Virus record (IMG/VR): IMGVR_UViG_2526164646_000014
Reading direction: 5' to 3' (one strand)
DNA length: 15,256 nt
From: a virus
Taxonomy: Duplodnaviria > Heunggongvirae > Uroviricota > Caudoviricetes
Every line of letters starts with the position of its first letter. The first letter of the stretch is position 1. Of this stretch, positions 1-8,587 are shown piece after piece. Under the pieces are notes generated by a model. The model had not been told where the DNA came from. It ran no database searches and worked only from the letters and a program-made list of their open reading frames with translations. Made by a program: the position numbers and the translations under genes.

Positions 1-48
1 TTATACCCCGCAGGGGTCATAACATGCTTGACAACTTAATAGGGGCAC

Positions 49-738
49 GTTACTCTCCGGACTCCGCACCGCCGTGTTCTTCGGTTCAAGTCCCAACATC
101 CGGGCGAACTGGCGTGTTTCATTAGCCCGGTAGCATGAACCATTATCCGTCAGCCACTCCACTGGAGACGACGGAAGATCGTTGCCGAAGCGGCGTTCCA
201 CCGCTCCCAGCATGACGTCCTGTACTGTTTCACTGTTGAAGCCGCCGGTAGTCACCGCCCAGTGCAGTGCCTCACGATCACAGCAGTCCAGCGCGAACGT
301 GACACGCAGTCTCTCTCCGTTATCACAGCAGAACTCGAACCCGTCAGAGCACCATCGCTGATTGCTTTCTTTCACGGCCACTCTGCCTGTATGTGCCCGT
401 TTCGATGGCGGTACAGCAGGTTTTCGCTCAAGCAACAGCGCATTCTGGCGCATGAGCCGGTAAACACGTTTGGCATTGATCGCAGGCATACCATCAAGTT
501 CTGCCTGTCTGCGAAGCAGCGCCCATACCCGACGATAACCATACGTGGGCAGCTCTCCGATAACATGGTGTATACGGAGAAGCACATCCGTATCATCAGT
601 GTGACGACTGCGGCGGCCATCCATCCAGTCATCGGTTCGTCTGAGAATGACGTGCAACTGCGCACGCGACACCCGGAGACAACGGCTGACTAAGCTTACT
701 CCCCATCCCCGGGCAATAAGGGCGCGTGCGCTATCCAC
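49..738 (-). pseudogene. insD: IS2 orfB transposase InsD, 3'-truncated (about 230 of about 301 aa retained)
   Basis: Translation [14 protein letters not shown]...[10 protein letters not shown] then diverges ([15 protein letters not shown]-stop); the C-terminal part of the DDE domain is missing. Confidence 0.8.
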
Positions 739-1061
739 TTTTTTGCCCGTCCATATTCAACGGCTTCTTTGAGGAGTTCATTTTCCATCGTTTTCTTGCC
801 GAGCAGGCGCTGGAGTTCTTTAATCTGCTTCATGGCGGCAGCAAGTTCAGAGGCAGGAACAACCTGTTCTCCGGCGGCCACAGCAGTAAGACTTCCTTCC
901 TGGTATTGCTTACGCCAGAGAAATAACTGGCTGGCTGCTACACCATGTTGCCGGGCAACGAGGGAGACCGTCATCCCCGGTTCAAAGCTCTGCTGAACAA
1001 TTGCGATCTTTTCCTGTGTGGTACGCCGTCTGCGTTTCTCCGGCCCTAAGACATCAATCAT
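696..1061 (-). CDS. insC: IS2 orfA transposase subunit InsC (121 aa, HTH)
   Basis: Starts [24 protein letters not shown]..., ATG at 1061..1059 on the minus strand; the track ORF 696..1106 carries a 15-codon N-terminal extension that runs into the inverted repeat. Confidence 0.85.
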
Positions 1062-1152
1062 CTGTTCTCCAATGACTAGTCTAAAAACTAGTATTAAGAC
1101 TATCACTTAAATAAGTGATACTGGTTGTCTGGAGATTCAGGGGGCCAGTCTA

Positions 1153-1893
1153 GATGCCAACACAAAGGCAACTAATAAAGATACAGATAAAGATCTAAAA
1201 ACAGATCTAACCCATCCCAAACCCTTCCCTTCCGGAAGGGAGTTTCGGGATTTTGTGGCTGGAGTGCTTGAGGGGAGATTATCTGGCGGTACTGCAGCGG
1301 AATTTTGTAATTCTGCGGTGGTTGCGTTGCAGGCTGCTGGCCTGGATGTCTGTCGTGAGTATCCGGTGCCAGAGCGTGGTGACGGTTGCGGAGGGCGGAT
1401 TGATATCGTCGTGACTGACAGGAACGGTGTCCGGTGTGGGATCGAGCTTGACCGAAATTCTCCGCGACAGAAATCACTGCTCAAAATCGGTGCTGTTGAA
1501 ACCGGGATATGTGTCTTGCGGCGCAGTGATATCGCAAGGCACACCGAGCAGGGAATTCTGGTTATCGGTGGGGCTGTTCGCCAGAAAAAATTTGACCCGT
1601 TGTCAGTTGATCTGCCCGACTGGTTGCCAGAAACACTCTGGCATGAGTGGGTCCAGTTCAGGCAGGCATTGCGAAAACCGATTCGAACGGAGCTGGGCGC
1701 TAACGGGGCGATACGGGAACTGGAAAAATTCCGTCAGCAGGGTTTTACACCTGAGCAGGTGATTCGACACAGCATCGCCAATGAATACCAGGGTCTGTTC
1801 GCGCCGAAAGGTGTTCGGCCTGAGACGTTGCTCCGACAGGTTAACACCGTCTCGTTGCCGGACAGTGCGATCCCGCTAGGCTTCAGGGGGTAA
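1153..1893 (+). pseudogene. Phage replication-initiation protein fragment (lambda O / Rac YdaU-like C-terminal part), 5'-truncated by IS2
   Basis: Reading frame is open from the IS2 junction at 1153 with no start codon until GTG at 1255; sits directly upstream of the DnaC-like gene as in Rac ydaU-ydaV (recalled gene order). Confidence 0.6.
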
Positions 1894-1899
1894 CAGACC

Positions 1900-2646
1900 A
1901 TGAAAAATATTGCGACAGGAGGCGTTCTGGAGCGTATCCGCAGACTGACCCCACCACATGTAACCGCCCCATTCAGAACGGTTGCGGAGTGGCGCGAGTG
2001 GCAACTTGCTGAAGGCCAGAAACGTTGCGAGGAGATCAACCGCCTGAATCGTCAGTTGCGGGTGGAAAAAATCCTGAACCGCTCCGGCATCCAGCCGTTG
2101 CACCGGAAGTGTTCGTTTGCGAATTACCGGGCGCAGAACGACGGTCAGCGACATGCACTGAGTCAGGCGAAATCCATAGCTGACGAACTGATGACAGGCT
2201 GTACGAATTTTGTGTTCAGCGGTAAGCCCGGCACCGGAAAAAATCATCTTGCAGCCGCGATTGGCAACCGGCTGATGGCGAAGGGGCGTAGCGTGATTAT
2301 CGTCACCGTGTCCGATGTCATGAGCGTGTTGCATGAGAGCTACGACAACGGCAAATCCGGTGAAAAATTTTTACAGGAGCTTTGTGGTGTTGACCTGCTG
2401 GTCCTGGATGAAATTGGCATGCAGCGGGATACGAAAAACGAGCAGGTGGTACTGAACCAGATTGTTGATCGCCGGACGGCATCGTTACGCGGTGTGGGGA
2501 TGCTGACAAATATTAACCATGCAGCGATGAATACACTTCTCGGCGAGCGGGTGATGGATCGCATGGTCATGAACGGCGGGCGCTGGGTTAATTTTAACTG
2601 GGAGAGCTGGCGTCCGAATGTTAGCCATTCGAGGGTTGTTAAGTAG
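1900..2646 (+). CDS. DnaC-like helicase loader / replication ATPase (AAA+)
   Basis: Walker A FSGKPGTGKNHLAAA and Walker B DLLVLDEIG in the translation; ATG at 1900 follows the upstream stop at 1891..1893; resembles Rac YdaV from memory. Confidence 0.85.
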   Translation: MKNIATGGVLERIRRLTPPHVTAPFRTVAEWREWQLAEGQKRCEEINRLNRQLRVEKILNRSGIQPLHRKCSFANYRAQNDGQRHALSQAKSIADELMTGCTNFVFSGKPGTGKNHLAAAIGNRLMAKGRSVIIVTVSDVMSVLHESYDNGKSGEKFLQELCGVDLLVLDEIGMQRDTKNEQVVLNQIVDRRTASLRGVGMLTNINHAAMNTLLGERVMDRMVMNGGRWVNFNWESWRPNVSHSRVVK

Positions 2647-2660
2647 TTTCAGGAGGATTT

Positions 2661-3083
2661 ATGGCGAAACCTTTTACTCCCGAACAGCGGGAAGAACTGA
2701 AGACGCGAATTGTGGAACTCGTGCATCAGGACGGTCGGGTCACGATTCGGCAGTTGTCCGATGAAACAGGTATCAGTCGTGCGTCTGTCGGTCGCTTATG
2801 CATAGAACTGGTCGCAAGTGGTGATGTATATAATTCTGGCTACGGCTTATTCCCGTCTGAACAGGCTCGCAAGGACTGGCAAAGCGCCCGCAAAAAACTC
2901 TCGAGAGTAAAGGTGAGGAAACCGGTTGTTGTTGATCCGGACCTTATCTGGTCATTACCTGACGGAGAAATACGCCGCTACGACAGGCGCCTGAATATAA
3001 TCTGTCGCGAGTGCCGGAAGAGCGAAGCTATGCAGCGTGTACTGGCTTTCTATCAGGGTAATTTTCAGGAGGCGATACTGTGA
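2661..3083 (+). CDS. Hypothetical phage protein, possible winged-helix DNA-binding fold
   Basis: 140-aa ORF with AGGAGG Shine-Dalgarno at 2651..2656; HTH-like stretch VTIRQLSDETGISRASVGRL. Confidence 0.6.
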   Translation: MAKPFTPEQREELKTRIVELVHQDGRVTIRQLSDETGISRASVGRLCIELVASGDVYNSGYGLFPSEQARKDWQSARKKLSRVKVRKPVVVDPDLIWSLPDGEIRRYDRRLNIICRECRKSEAMQRVLAFYQGNFQEAIL

Positions 3084-3497
3084 ATGAAATTAGCTATCAG
3101 GCTTCAATTACCGCTGGCATTCGCATCAAAGGAGAGGAGCATGGAAATAAAACCAGAAGATGAGTTAAGCAATATCGTTTTATTTCCGATAAAAGAGGAT
3201 GACCCTCGTAATCAGGTTAATTTTCTTTATAAGCCATCGGAAAGACCATATTGCCATCACGCCTCTGTACGGGTTGACGAAAAAGAGCGTCAGGTCCGCT
3301 GTAAAATCTGCGGTGCGGTTGTGGAGCCGTTTGACTGGATGCTCTCTGTGGCAAAAAGAGAAACCAGACTGGCAGATGATGTAAGGCTATTGCGCCAGGA
3401 GGAACAGGAAAGGCGGAGAAATATAGAAAAGCTGATACAGATTGAGCGTAACGCGAAAGCGCGGATACGCAGGGCGACAAAATCCAGAACTGAATAA
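3084..3497 (+). CDS. Hypothetical phage protein with C-HH...C-x2-C zinc-ribbon-like motif (alternative start 3141)
   Basis: ATG 3084 abuts the upstream stop (TGAATG); internal ATG 3141 has a stronger SD (ggagaggag, 3131..3139). C-terminal half is coiled-coil-like and basic. Confidence 0.55.
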   Translation: MKLAIRLQLPLAFASKERSMEIKPEDELSNIVLFPIKEDDPRNQVNFLYKPSERPYCHHASVRVDEKERQVRCKICGAVVEPFDWMLSVAKRETRLADDVRLLRQEEQERRRNIEKLIQIERNAKARIRRATKSRTE

Positions 3498-3808
3498 TTA
3501 AATTTAGCACTGTTAAAAATTTAATCCTTAACCGGAGGGATTTCTGCACCCTCAAATCATCAGGAGACCGCCCGAAAGGGCGGTAATGAATGGTTACATT
3601 ATTTAGAAAAAATATCCGCGAAAGAGTAGAACAACAGAATTCCTGTTTCTCATTCTGTTTATCGTGTTGATGACACCGATATCCCCGCAAATTTTTGTCT
3701 GGATAATCGGAAAAATAATTGAGCCAGTTATTGAATTGTATAACGACGTGGTATGGGCGTCATTCAACACACTGCACAATAAAATTAATCCGTATAAGGA
3801 AAGCTGAT

Positions 3809-4174
3809 ATGGCACTGACGAAAAAACAACGTGCAGAACTGCGCATGAAGTTCGGTGGTCGCTGCGCTTATTGCGGCTGCGAACTTGGCGAAAAGTGGCA
3901 TGCAGACCATGTAAAACCGGTCATTCGTTTTGATGGAAATATGCTTCACCAGGAACGTGACGATATATCCAACATGGTACCAGAATGCCACCCATGCAAT
4001 CTGCACAAGCATTGCAGTAGCCTGGAAGATTATCGACGAATTATCAGTGATGGTCGTCGTGAATTCCTTGCGTCCGGGAAAGGCAAAGCGCTGGTTCGTA
4101 TGGGATTGGTTGAAATGAAATCTGACCCGGTTGTGTTCTGGTTTGAAAAATATCAAGAAGGGGCTACGGCATGA
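3809..4174 (+). CDS. HNH endonuclease
   Basis: HNH signature in translation: CAYCGCEL...HADHVKP...NMVPECHPCNLHK; SD aagga at 3796..3800; the track ORF from 3719 is a 5' over-extension. Confidence 0.8.
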   Translation: MALTKKQRAELRMKFGGRCAYCGCELGEKWHADHVKPVIRFDGNMLHQERDDISNMVPECHPCNLHKHCSSLEDYRRIISDGRREFLASGKGKALVRMGLVEMKSDPVVFWFEKYQEGATA

Positions 4175-4836
4175 CTACTATTACCAAAGAGCGACTGCAA
4201 TGGCTGGCTAACATTTCTGGCCGCGATGATATTGACGATATAGACGGCGGTGAAATTCGTGAACTGGCGCTTATCGCTCTGGCATCACTGGAAGCAGAGC
4301 CTGTAGCGGAATGCATTGTTGAAGATGGGGGCATGTGTATTGACGGGTTCGGTGAGTATGTGGGTCACTCGCTGCCTGATGGAATGCATGAGCTTTATGC
4401 TGCCCCGCGAATGCGACAACCTGATGGATGGAAAGCCGTAGCTGTAGCGTGGAAGGTGACGTTTACTCAAGTTGACCAGGAATCTAATACGTTCACTGCT
4501 ATATATTTTTACAAAGCGGAAGTTGAGCGTTGGGTACGACTGCATAAAGCATGTGATTTTCGGGCAGATATAACACCGCTTTACGCAGCGCCGGCAGTGC
4601 CGGTTGCAGTAAACGACGACATGGCTTACGCATTCCATCACGCACTGTCAGATTCATCGCTTGGCTCTGATGAAATCGAAGAAATTAAAACCGGTTTGCG
4701 TGCTGCCTTTGCCAACGTCACTATCCAACCAGAGCCGATAGTGCCGGATGAAATCGGGCCAAACGATAGTAATACGTTTGATTATGTTGATGGCTGGAAC
4801 GCCTGCCGCGCTGCCATGCTTAAGGGAGATAAATAA
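4171..4836 (+). CDS. Hypothetical phage protein (acidic, 221 aa)
   Basis: ATGA overlap with the HNH stop (4171..4174) indicates translational coupling; no motif recognised. Confidence 0.55.
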   Translation: MTTITKERLQWLANISGRDDIDDIDGGEIRELALIALASLEAEPVAECIVEDGGMCIDGFGEYVGHSLPDGMHELYAAPRMRQPDGWKAVAVAWKVTFTQVDQESNTFTAIYFYKAEVERWVRLHKACDFRADITPLYAAPAVPVAVNDDMAYAFHHALSDSSLGSDEIEEIKTGLRAAFANVTIQPEPIVPDEIGPNDSNTFDYVDGWNACRAAMLKGDK

Positions 4837-5201
4837 TGATTAATCGAACCAAACTGGAGCACATTCTCGAATATGCCAGGCAGCAGAAATGTATTGGGCA
4901 ACTTTGTAAAATTCCACCAGGAGATATGGTTGAAATCGTGGAAATGGCCATGCGTAAGGCTGGCAACTCTCCGGTAACTCTGGCTGGCTGGATAAGCTGT
5001 AGTGATGCAGTTCCTGCTGAATATTGCGATGTGATTCTTCTCGATGATCTCGGGAATGTATTCCCCGGTTCCTGGGATAAGGTTTTTTGCCCCACTCGTG
5101 GCGGGAATAAGATGGCTTTTGTGGACAAAGACGGCGTTGAAGTAGAGAGCTCAACTCACTGGATGCCGCTACCGGAACCACCGCAGGAGGTGAATCAATG
5201 A
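4836..5201 (+). CDS. DUF551-like phage protein
   Basis: TAATG overlap with the upstream gene; C-terminal ...STHWMPLPEPPQ resembles the DUF551 signature recalled from lambdoid nin regions. Confidence 0.6.
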   Translation: MINRTKLEHILEYARQQKCIGQLCKIPPGDMVEIVEMAMRKAGNSPVTLAGWISCSDAVPAEYCDVILLDDLGNVFPGSWDKVFCPTRGGNKMAFVDKDGVEVESSTHWMPLPEPPQEVNQ

Positions 5202-5281
5202 CCTGGCCTGAGGCATTCACCACGGTAGGAATTGCGATGGCGGTGGCGCTGGTGGTGTATTCGATTTGCCGTTGGGGTTAA
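5198..5281 (+). CDS. 27-aa small hydrophobic peptide (single predicted transmembrane helix)
   Basis: ATG 5198 overlaps the upstream stop (ATGA); AGGAGG at 5185..5190 with 7-nt spacing; MTWPEAFTTVGIAMAVALVVYSICRWG; intrinsic terminator follows. Too short for the supplied ORF track. Confidence 0.5.
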   Translation: MTWPEAFTTVGIAMAVALVVYSICRWG

Positions 5282-5288
5282 CAAACAA

Positions 5289-5318
5289 AAACCCCGGATT
5301 GATGGTCCGGGGTTTTTG
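5289..5318 (+). terminator. Rho-independent terminator
   Basis: Stem acccccgga / tccgggg(t) at 5292..5299 and 5306..5313 followed by TTTTT. Confidence 0.8.
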
Positions 5319-5655
5319 AAGGAAACAAAACAGAAACAGCAATTGCCGTTACCTGTTGTTACCATGGCAAGTAAACGTATCTCAGGCGAGCGCATTGCGC
5401 CGTTCTGACGCAGATAAATTAGCCTGGATAGAAGGTGCTGGCAATAAAAAATAGCGTTTTCTTATCGGTATCGGTAAGATTGCTGCGGGTGCTTGAGGCT
5501 GTCTGCCTCGGGCATGCCACTGTAAGGCAGACAGAGAAAAGCCCCAGTTAACATTACGCGTCCTGCAAGACGCTTAACATTAATCTGAGGCCCAATCTAT
5601 GTCTCACAAATGTAGGTTAGCCTCTTACGTGCCGAAAGGCAAGGAGAAGCAGGCT

Positions 5656-5811
5656 ATGAAGCAGCAAAAGGCGATGTTAATCGCCCTGATCGTCATCTGT
5701 TTAACCGTCATAGTGACGGCACTGGTAACGAGGAAAGACCTCTGCGAGGTACGAATCCGAACCGGCCAGACGGAGGTCGCTGTCTTCACAGCTTACGAAC
5801 CTGAGGAGTAA
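5656..5811 (+). CDS. hokD: Hok/Gef-family type I toxin (51 aa), HokD/RelF-like
   Basis: MKQQKAMLIALIVICLTVIVTALVTRKDLCEVRIRTGQTEVAVFTAYEPEE matches the Hok architecture (TM helix then conserved C..R..G..EVA.F.AYE); SD aaggag at 5641..5646, 9 nt before the ATG. The track ORF from 5599 is an in-frame 5' extension. Confidence 0.85.
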   Translation: MKQQKAMLIALIVICLTVIVTALVTRKDLCEVRIRTGQTEVAVFTAYEPEE

Positions 5812-5880
5812 GAGACCAGGCGGGGGAGAAATCCCTCGCCACCTCTCATGTGTCAGGCATCCTCAACGCACCCGCACTAA

Positions 5881-5902
5881 ACCCGCTTTGGCGGGTTTTT
5901 TG
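5881..5902 (+). terminator. Rho-independent terminator downstream of hok
   Basis: cccgc-tttg-gcggg hairpin (5883..5895) followed by a T6 tract. Confidence 0.75.
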
Positions 5903-6046
5903 TTGCGTGCTGAATACGCAGGGTGAAAAATAACCATATATTTGATTATATACACAACAAAAATAAAAGTCATTGTACTTGCACATTAAACAATCAAATA
6001 TACGGCGTGAAATAAATATTTATCAGATTAATATTTTTGTCTCTAT

Positions 6047-6298
6047 GTGGATATAACCGTTTGTACTTATAAACCTGGGGGCATCGTGGAAAAAATAAAG
6101 AAACTATTTAGTAGCAAATACGCAGTCATACGTCGTGATGACCTGTCAGTTATAGTCGAAATGGATTACTTCCCTGAAACCCCAAAATCAATAATGTATC
6201 GTAATGGTCGAAAGGCAATTTTTTTACCGATGAGGGTAAGTGACATTATGGGAAATGATAAACTGCTGGATGAATTGCGAGTCAGAGCATCCTGTTAG
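6047..6298 (+). CDS. rem: Rem-like small prophage protein (83 aa)
   Basis: ORF with GTG start and no clear SD; position right after hok matches the Qin prophage order hokD-rem-ydfU in E. coli K-12 (recalled). Start uncertain. Confidence 0.45.
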   Translation: MDITVCTYKPGGIVEKIKKLFSSKYAVIRRDDLSVIVEMDYFPETPKSIMYRNGRKAIFLPMRVSDIMGNDKLLDELRVRASC

Positions 6299-6315
6299 TA
6301 GGTAATGACTCCAAC

Positions 6316-6819
6316 TTACTGATAGTGTTTTATGTTCAGATAATGCCCGATGACCTTGTCATGCAGCTCCACCGATTTTGAGAACGACAGTGACTTCCGT
6401 ACCAGCCTTGCCAGATGTTGTCTCAGATTCAGATTATGTCGCTCAATGCGCTGAGTGTAACGCTTGCTGATAACGTGCAGCTTTCCCTTCAGGCGTGATT
6501 CATACAGCGGCCAGCCATCCGTCATCCATACCACGACCTCAAAGGCCGACAGCAGGCTCAGAAGACGCTCCAGTGTGGCCAGAGTGCGTTCACCGAAGAC
6601 GTGCGCCACAACCGTCCTCCGTATCCTGTCATACGCGTAAAACAGCCAGCGCTGACGTGATTTAGCACCGACGTAGCCCCAATGTTCGTCCATTTCAGCG
6701 CAGACAATCACATCACTGCCCGGTTGTATGCGCGAGGTTACCGACTGCGGCCTGAGTTTTTTAAGTGACGTAAAACCGTGTTGAGGCCAACGCCCATAAT
6801 GCGTGCACTGGCGCGACAT
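6316..6819 (-). CDS. insB: IS1 InsB (fused to InsA by frameshifting to give the transposase)
   Basis: 167-aa ORF overlapping insA in the -1 frame; matches recalled InsB. Confidence 0.9.
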   Translation of the reverse strand: MSRQCTHYGRWPQHGFTSLKKLRPQSVTSRIQPGSDVIVCAEMDEHWGYVGAKSRQRWLFYAYDRIRRTVVAHVFGERTLATLERLLSLLSAFEVVVWMTDGWPLYESRLKGKLHVISKRYTQRIERHNLNLRQHLARLVRKSLSFSKSVELHDKVIGHYLNIKHYQ

Positions 6820-7013
6820 CCGACGCCATTCATGGCCATATCAATGATTTTCTGGTGCGTACCGGGCTGAGAGGCGGTGTAAGTGAACTGTAGTTGCCAT
6901 GTTTTACGGCAATGAGAGCAGAGATAGCGCTGATGTCCGGCAGTGCTTTTGCCGTTACGCACCACGCCTTCAGTAGCGGAGCAGGAAGGACATCTGATGG
7001 AAATGGAAGCCAC
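6738..7013 (-). CDS. insA: IS1 InsA
   Basis: [42 protein letters not shown]... (91 aa). Confidence 0.9.
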   Translation of the reverse strand: MASISIRCPSCSATEGVVRNGKSTAGHQRYLCSHCRKTWQLQFTYTASQPGTHQKIIDMAMNGVGCRASARIMGVGLNTVLRHLKNSGRSR

Positions 7014-7146
7014 GCAAGCACCTTAAAATCACCATCATACACTAAATCAGTAAGTTGGCAGCATTACCCTGTTAGTATTGGCATTAATTCTGGTATACTA
7101 CATAACGGGCTGAACACCCATTCTACTGCGCCAGCGGAGAACTACG

Positions 7147-7746
7147 ATGGCGCATATACAACTGGTCAAACAAACCTCTTCCGGATTACTTCTCCCGGCG
7201 ACGCCGGAGAGTTGCGATTTTTTGCATCAAATCAAAATAGGTGAGTGGATACACGCAGACTTTAAGCGTGTGCGTAACTACGCATTCCACAAGCGTTTTT
7301 TCAAACTCCTGCAACTGGGATTTGATTACTGGACTCCGGTCGGTGGGGCGATCACGCCTCGCGAACGAAAACTGGTATCAGGCTTCGTTGATTACCTGTG
7401 CGAATCAGTAGGTCGGGAACACACTCCAGCCCTGAGTGATGCCGCAGAGCAATACCTTAATACAGTTGCGACATGCAGAACCCGGGATACGGCATTGCTA
7501 AAGTCGTTTGACGCTTTCCGCGAGTGGGTAACCATTCAGGCCGGATTTTACACCGAGCATATTTATCCTGATGGTAGTCGTGGGCGCAGGGCAAAATCTA
7601 TCGCATTTGCGAACATGGACGAAACCGAGTTTCAGCAGGTTTATAAATCTGTACTGAATGTGCTGTGGAACTGGATCCTGTTCCGTAAATTTTCCTCTCC
7701 GGAGGAAGTCGAAAATGTGGCCGCGCAGTTACTGGAGTTTGCGTAA
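7147..7746 (+). CDS. DUF1367-like phage protein (YdfU-like)
   Basis: 199-aa ORF; ggag SD at 7134..7137; position between rem and Q as in Qin (recalled). Confidence 0.6.
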   Translation: MAHIQLVKQTSSGLLLPATPESCDFLHQIKIGEWIHADFKRVRNYAFHKRFFKLLQLGFDYWTPVGGAITPRERKLVSGFVDYLCESVGREHTPALSDAAEQYLNTVATCRTRDTALLKSFDAFREWVTIQAGFYTEHIYPDGSRGRRAKSIAFANMDETEFQQVYKSVLNVLWNWILFRKFSSPEEVENVAAQLLEFA

Positions 7747-8036
7747 TGGTGGATTTACGTAAAGCGGCGCGGGGGCAGATGTGCACCGTCAGAATTCCTG
7801 GCTACTGCAATCACAATCCCGAAACTTCTGTGCTGGCGCATTACAGGCTGGCGGGGACGTGCGGAACAGCGACAAAACCACACGATATGCAGGCAGCGAT
7901 TGCCTGTAGCTCATGCCACGATTTAATCGACGGGCGGGTAAAAACCAGCGATTACACCAAAGAAGAATTACGCCTGATGCATGCAGAAGGTGTTTTTCGC
8001 ACACAAGAAATCTGGAGAAAGGAAGGTTATTTATGA
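7746..8036 (+). CDS. DUF1364-like cysteine-rich protein (YbcO-like putative nuclease)
   Basis: 96 aa with cysteines in pairs (C..C, C...C, CSSCHD); TAATG overlap with the upstream gene. Confidence 0.6.
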   Translation: MVDLRKAARGQMCTVRIPGYCNHNPETSVLAHYRLAGTCGTATKPHDMQAAIACSSCHDLIDGRVKTSDYTKEELRLMHAEGVFRTQEIWRKEGYL

Positions 8037-8587
8037 TTTACCCAACAAATACAGGCAAAAGCGGGGAACACCTTCGTCTCACCACGCTGGAAAGTGTCTG
8101 GATTCAGGGAAAACTGCGCATGTGGGGGCGCTGGTCGTATATTGGCGGCGGTAAGACGGGAAATATGTTTAACCAGTTGCTGGCATCCAAAAAATTGACG
8201 AAAACAGCCGTCAATGAAGCCCTGCGCAGGATGAAAAAAGCGGGAATAGAGAAACCTGAGCTGGAAGCGTTTTTGCGAGAGATGATCAATGGCAAGCAAA
8301 AGACCTGGCTGGCGCATTGTACTGATGCAGAGGCGTTATGTATTGATAGAGTCATAAGTGAGGTGCTGGCAGAGCATCCTGGATTGATTAGTGTCCTCCG
8401 GCAACGGTATGAAGGGCGGGGGATGACTAAGCGTAAAATGGCTGAATTGCTGAATGACGCACACCCTGAGTGGTGTTTCCGGACGTGCTGCAGTCGGGTA
8501 GATGTATGGCTAAATCTTGCTGAATATATGCTCTATCTACCGATGCGTGATGCATTCTCTTCCGGGGATCTAAAAACCGTTTGTTGA
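8033..8587 (+). CDS. Late-gene antiterminator Q-like protein (184 aa)
   Basis: ATGA overlap with the upstream gene; SD aaggaagg upstream of 8033; stop codon embedded in a strong promoter followed by a short leader and intrinsic terminator (the Q-qut-pR'-tR' arrangement). Track ORF from 7913 is an overlapping 5' extension. Confidence 0.6.
   Translation: MIYPTNTGKSGEHLRLTTLESVWIQGKLRMWGRWSYIGGGKTGNMFNQLLASKKLTKTAVNEALRRMKKAGIEKPELEAFLREMINGKQKTWLAHCTDAEALCIDRVISEVLAEHPGLISVLRQRYEGRGMTKRKMAELLNDAHPEWCFRTCCSRVDVWLNLAEYMLYLPMRDAFSSGDLKTVC

Larger units (their letters stand above)
49..1152 (-). mobile_element. IS2 (IS3 family), partial copy; one terminal inverted repeat ends at 1152 (ggggccagtcta), other end missing
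   Basis: ORFs 696..1061 and 1..738 match recalled IS2 InsC and InsD. The 1..738 ORF follows the recalled InsD only up to ...SPESN (codon at 49..51) and then reads 15 unrelated residues to a stop at 1..3, so the element is broken near position 48. Confidence 0.85.
6301..7068 (-). mobile_element. IS1, complete 768-bp copy with 9-bp target-site duplication CTGTTAGTA (6292..6300 and 7069..7077)
   Basis: Ends GGTAATGACTCCAACTTA (6301) and rc GGTAATGCTGCCAACTTACTGATTTAG (7068); InsA and InsB ORFs present; identical 9-bp flanks. Confidence 0.95.

Noticed and set aside
262-996. Track ORFs 262..693 (+), 372..665 (-), 726..926 (+), 769..996 (+)
   Set aside because: They lie wholly within IS2 transposase genes on the opposite strand or in an alternative frame; no SD and no recognisable domains.
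1137-2570. Minus-strand ORFs 1137..1544, 1172..1477, 1734..2039, 1876..2334, 2318..2509, 2340..2570 and plus-strand ORF 1427..1762
   Set aside because: Antisense or alternative-frame overlaps of the replication genes; low-complexity translations and no ribosome-binding sites.
3199-4156. ORFs 3199..3384 (+), 3217..3690 (-), 3603..3815 (-), 3785..4156 (-), 3930..4118 (+), 4285..4641 (-)
   Set aside because: They overlap better-supported plus-strand genes or the intergenic hairpin region and lack SDs; unusual composition typical of antisense frames.
5599-5655. N-terminal extension of hok from the ORF at 5599 (possible mok-like frame)
   Set aside because: It is in the same frame as hok, whereas mok overlaps hok in a different frame; the SD is correctly placed for the ATG at 5656 and a 51-aa product is canonical.
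5282-5655. relB-relE antitoxin-toxin genes upstream of hok, as in K-12
   Set aside because: No ORF of suitable size on either strand; the region holds only hairpins and the hok leader.
6894-7244. ORF 6894..7244 (+) spanning the IS1 end into flanking DNA
   Set aside because: Runs antisense through insA and across the IS1 terminus; an artefact of the insertion junction.
7913-8032. Longer Q ORF starting at 7913
   Set aside because: It would overlap the DUF1364-like gene by 120 bp; ATG 8033 has an SD and the ATGA coupling overlap.
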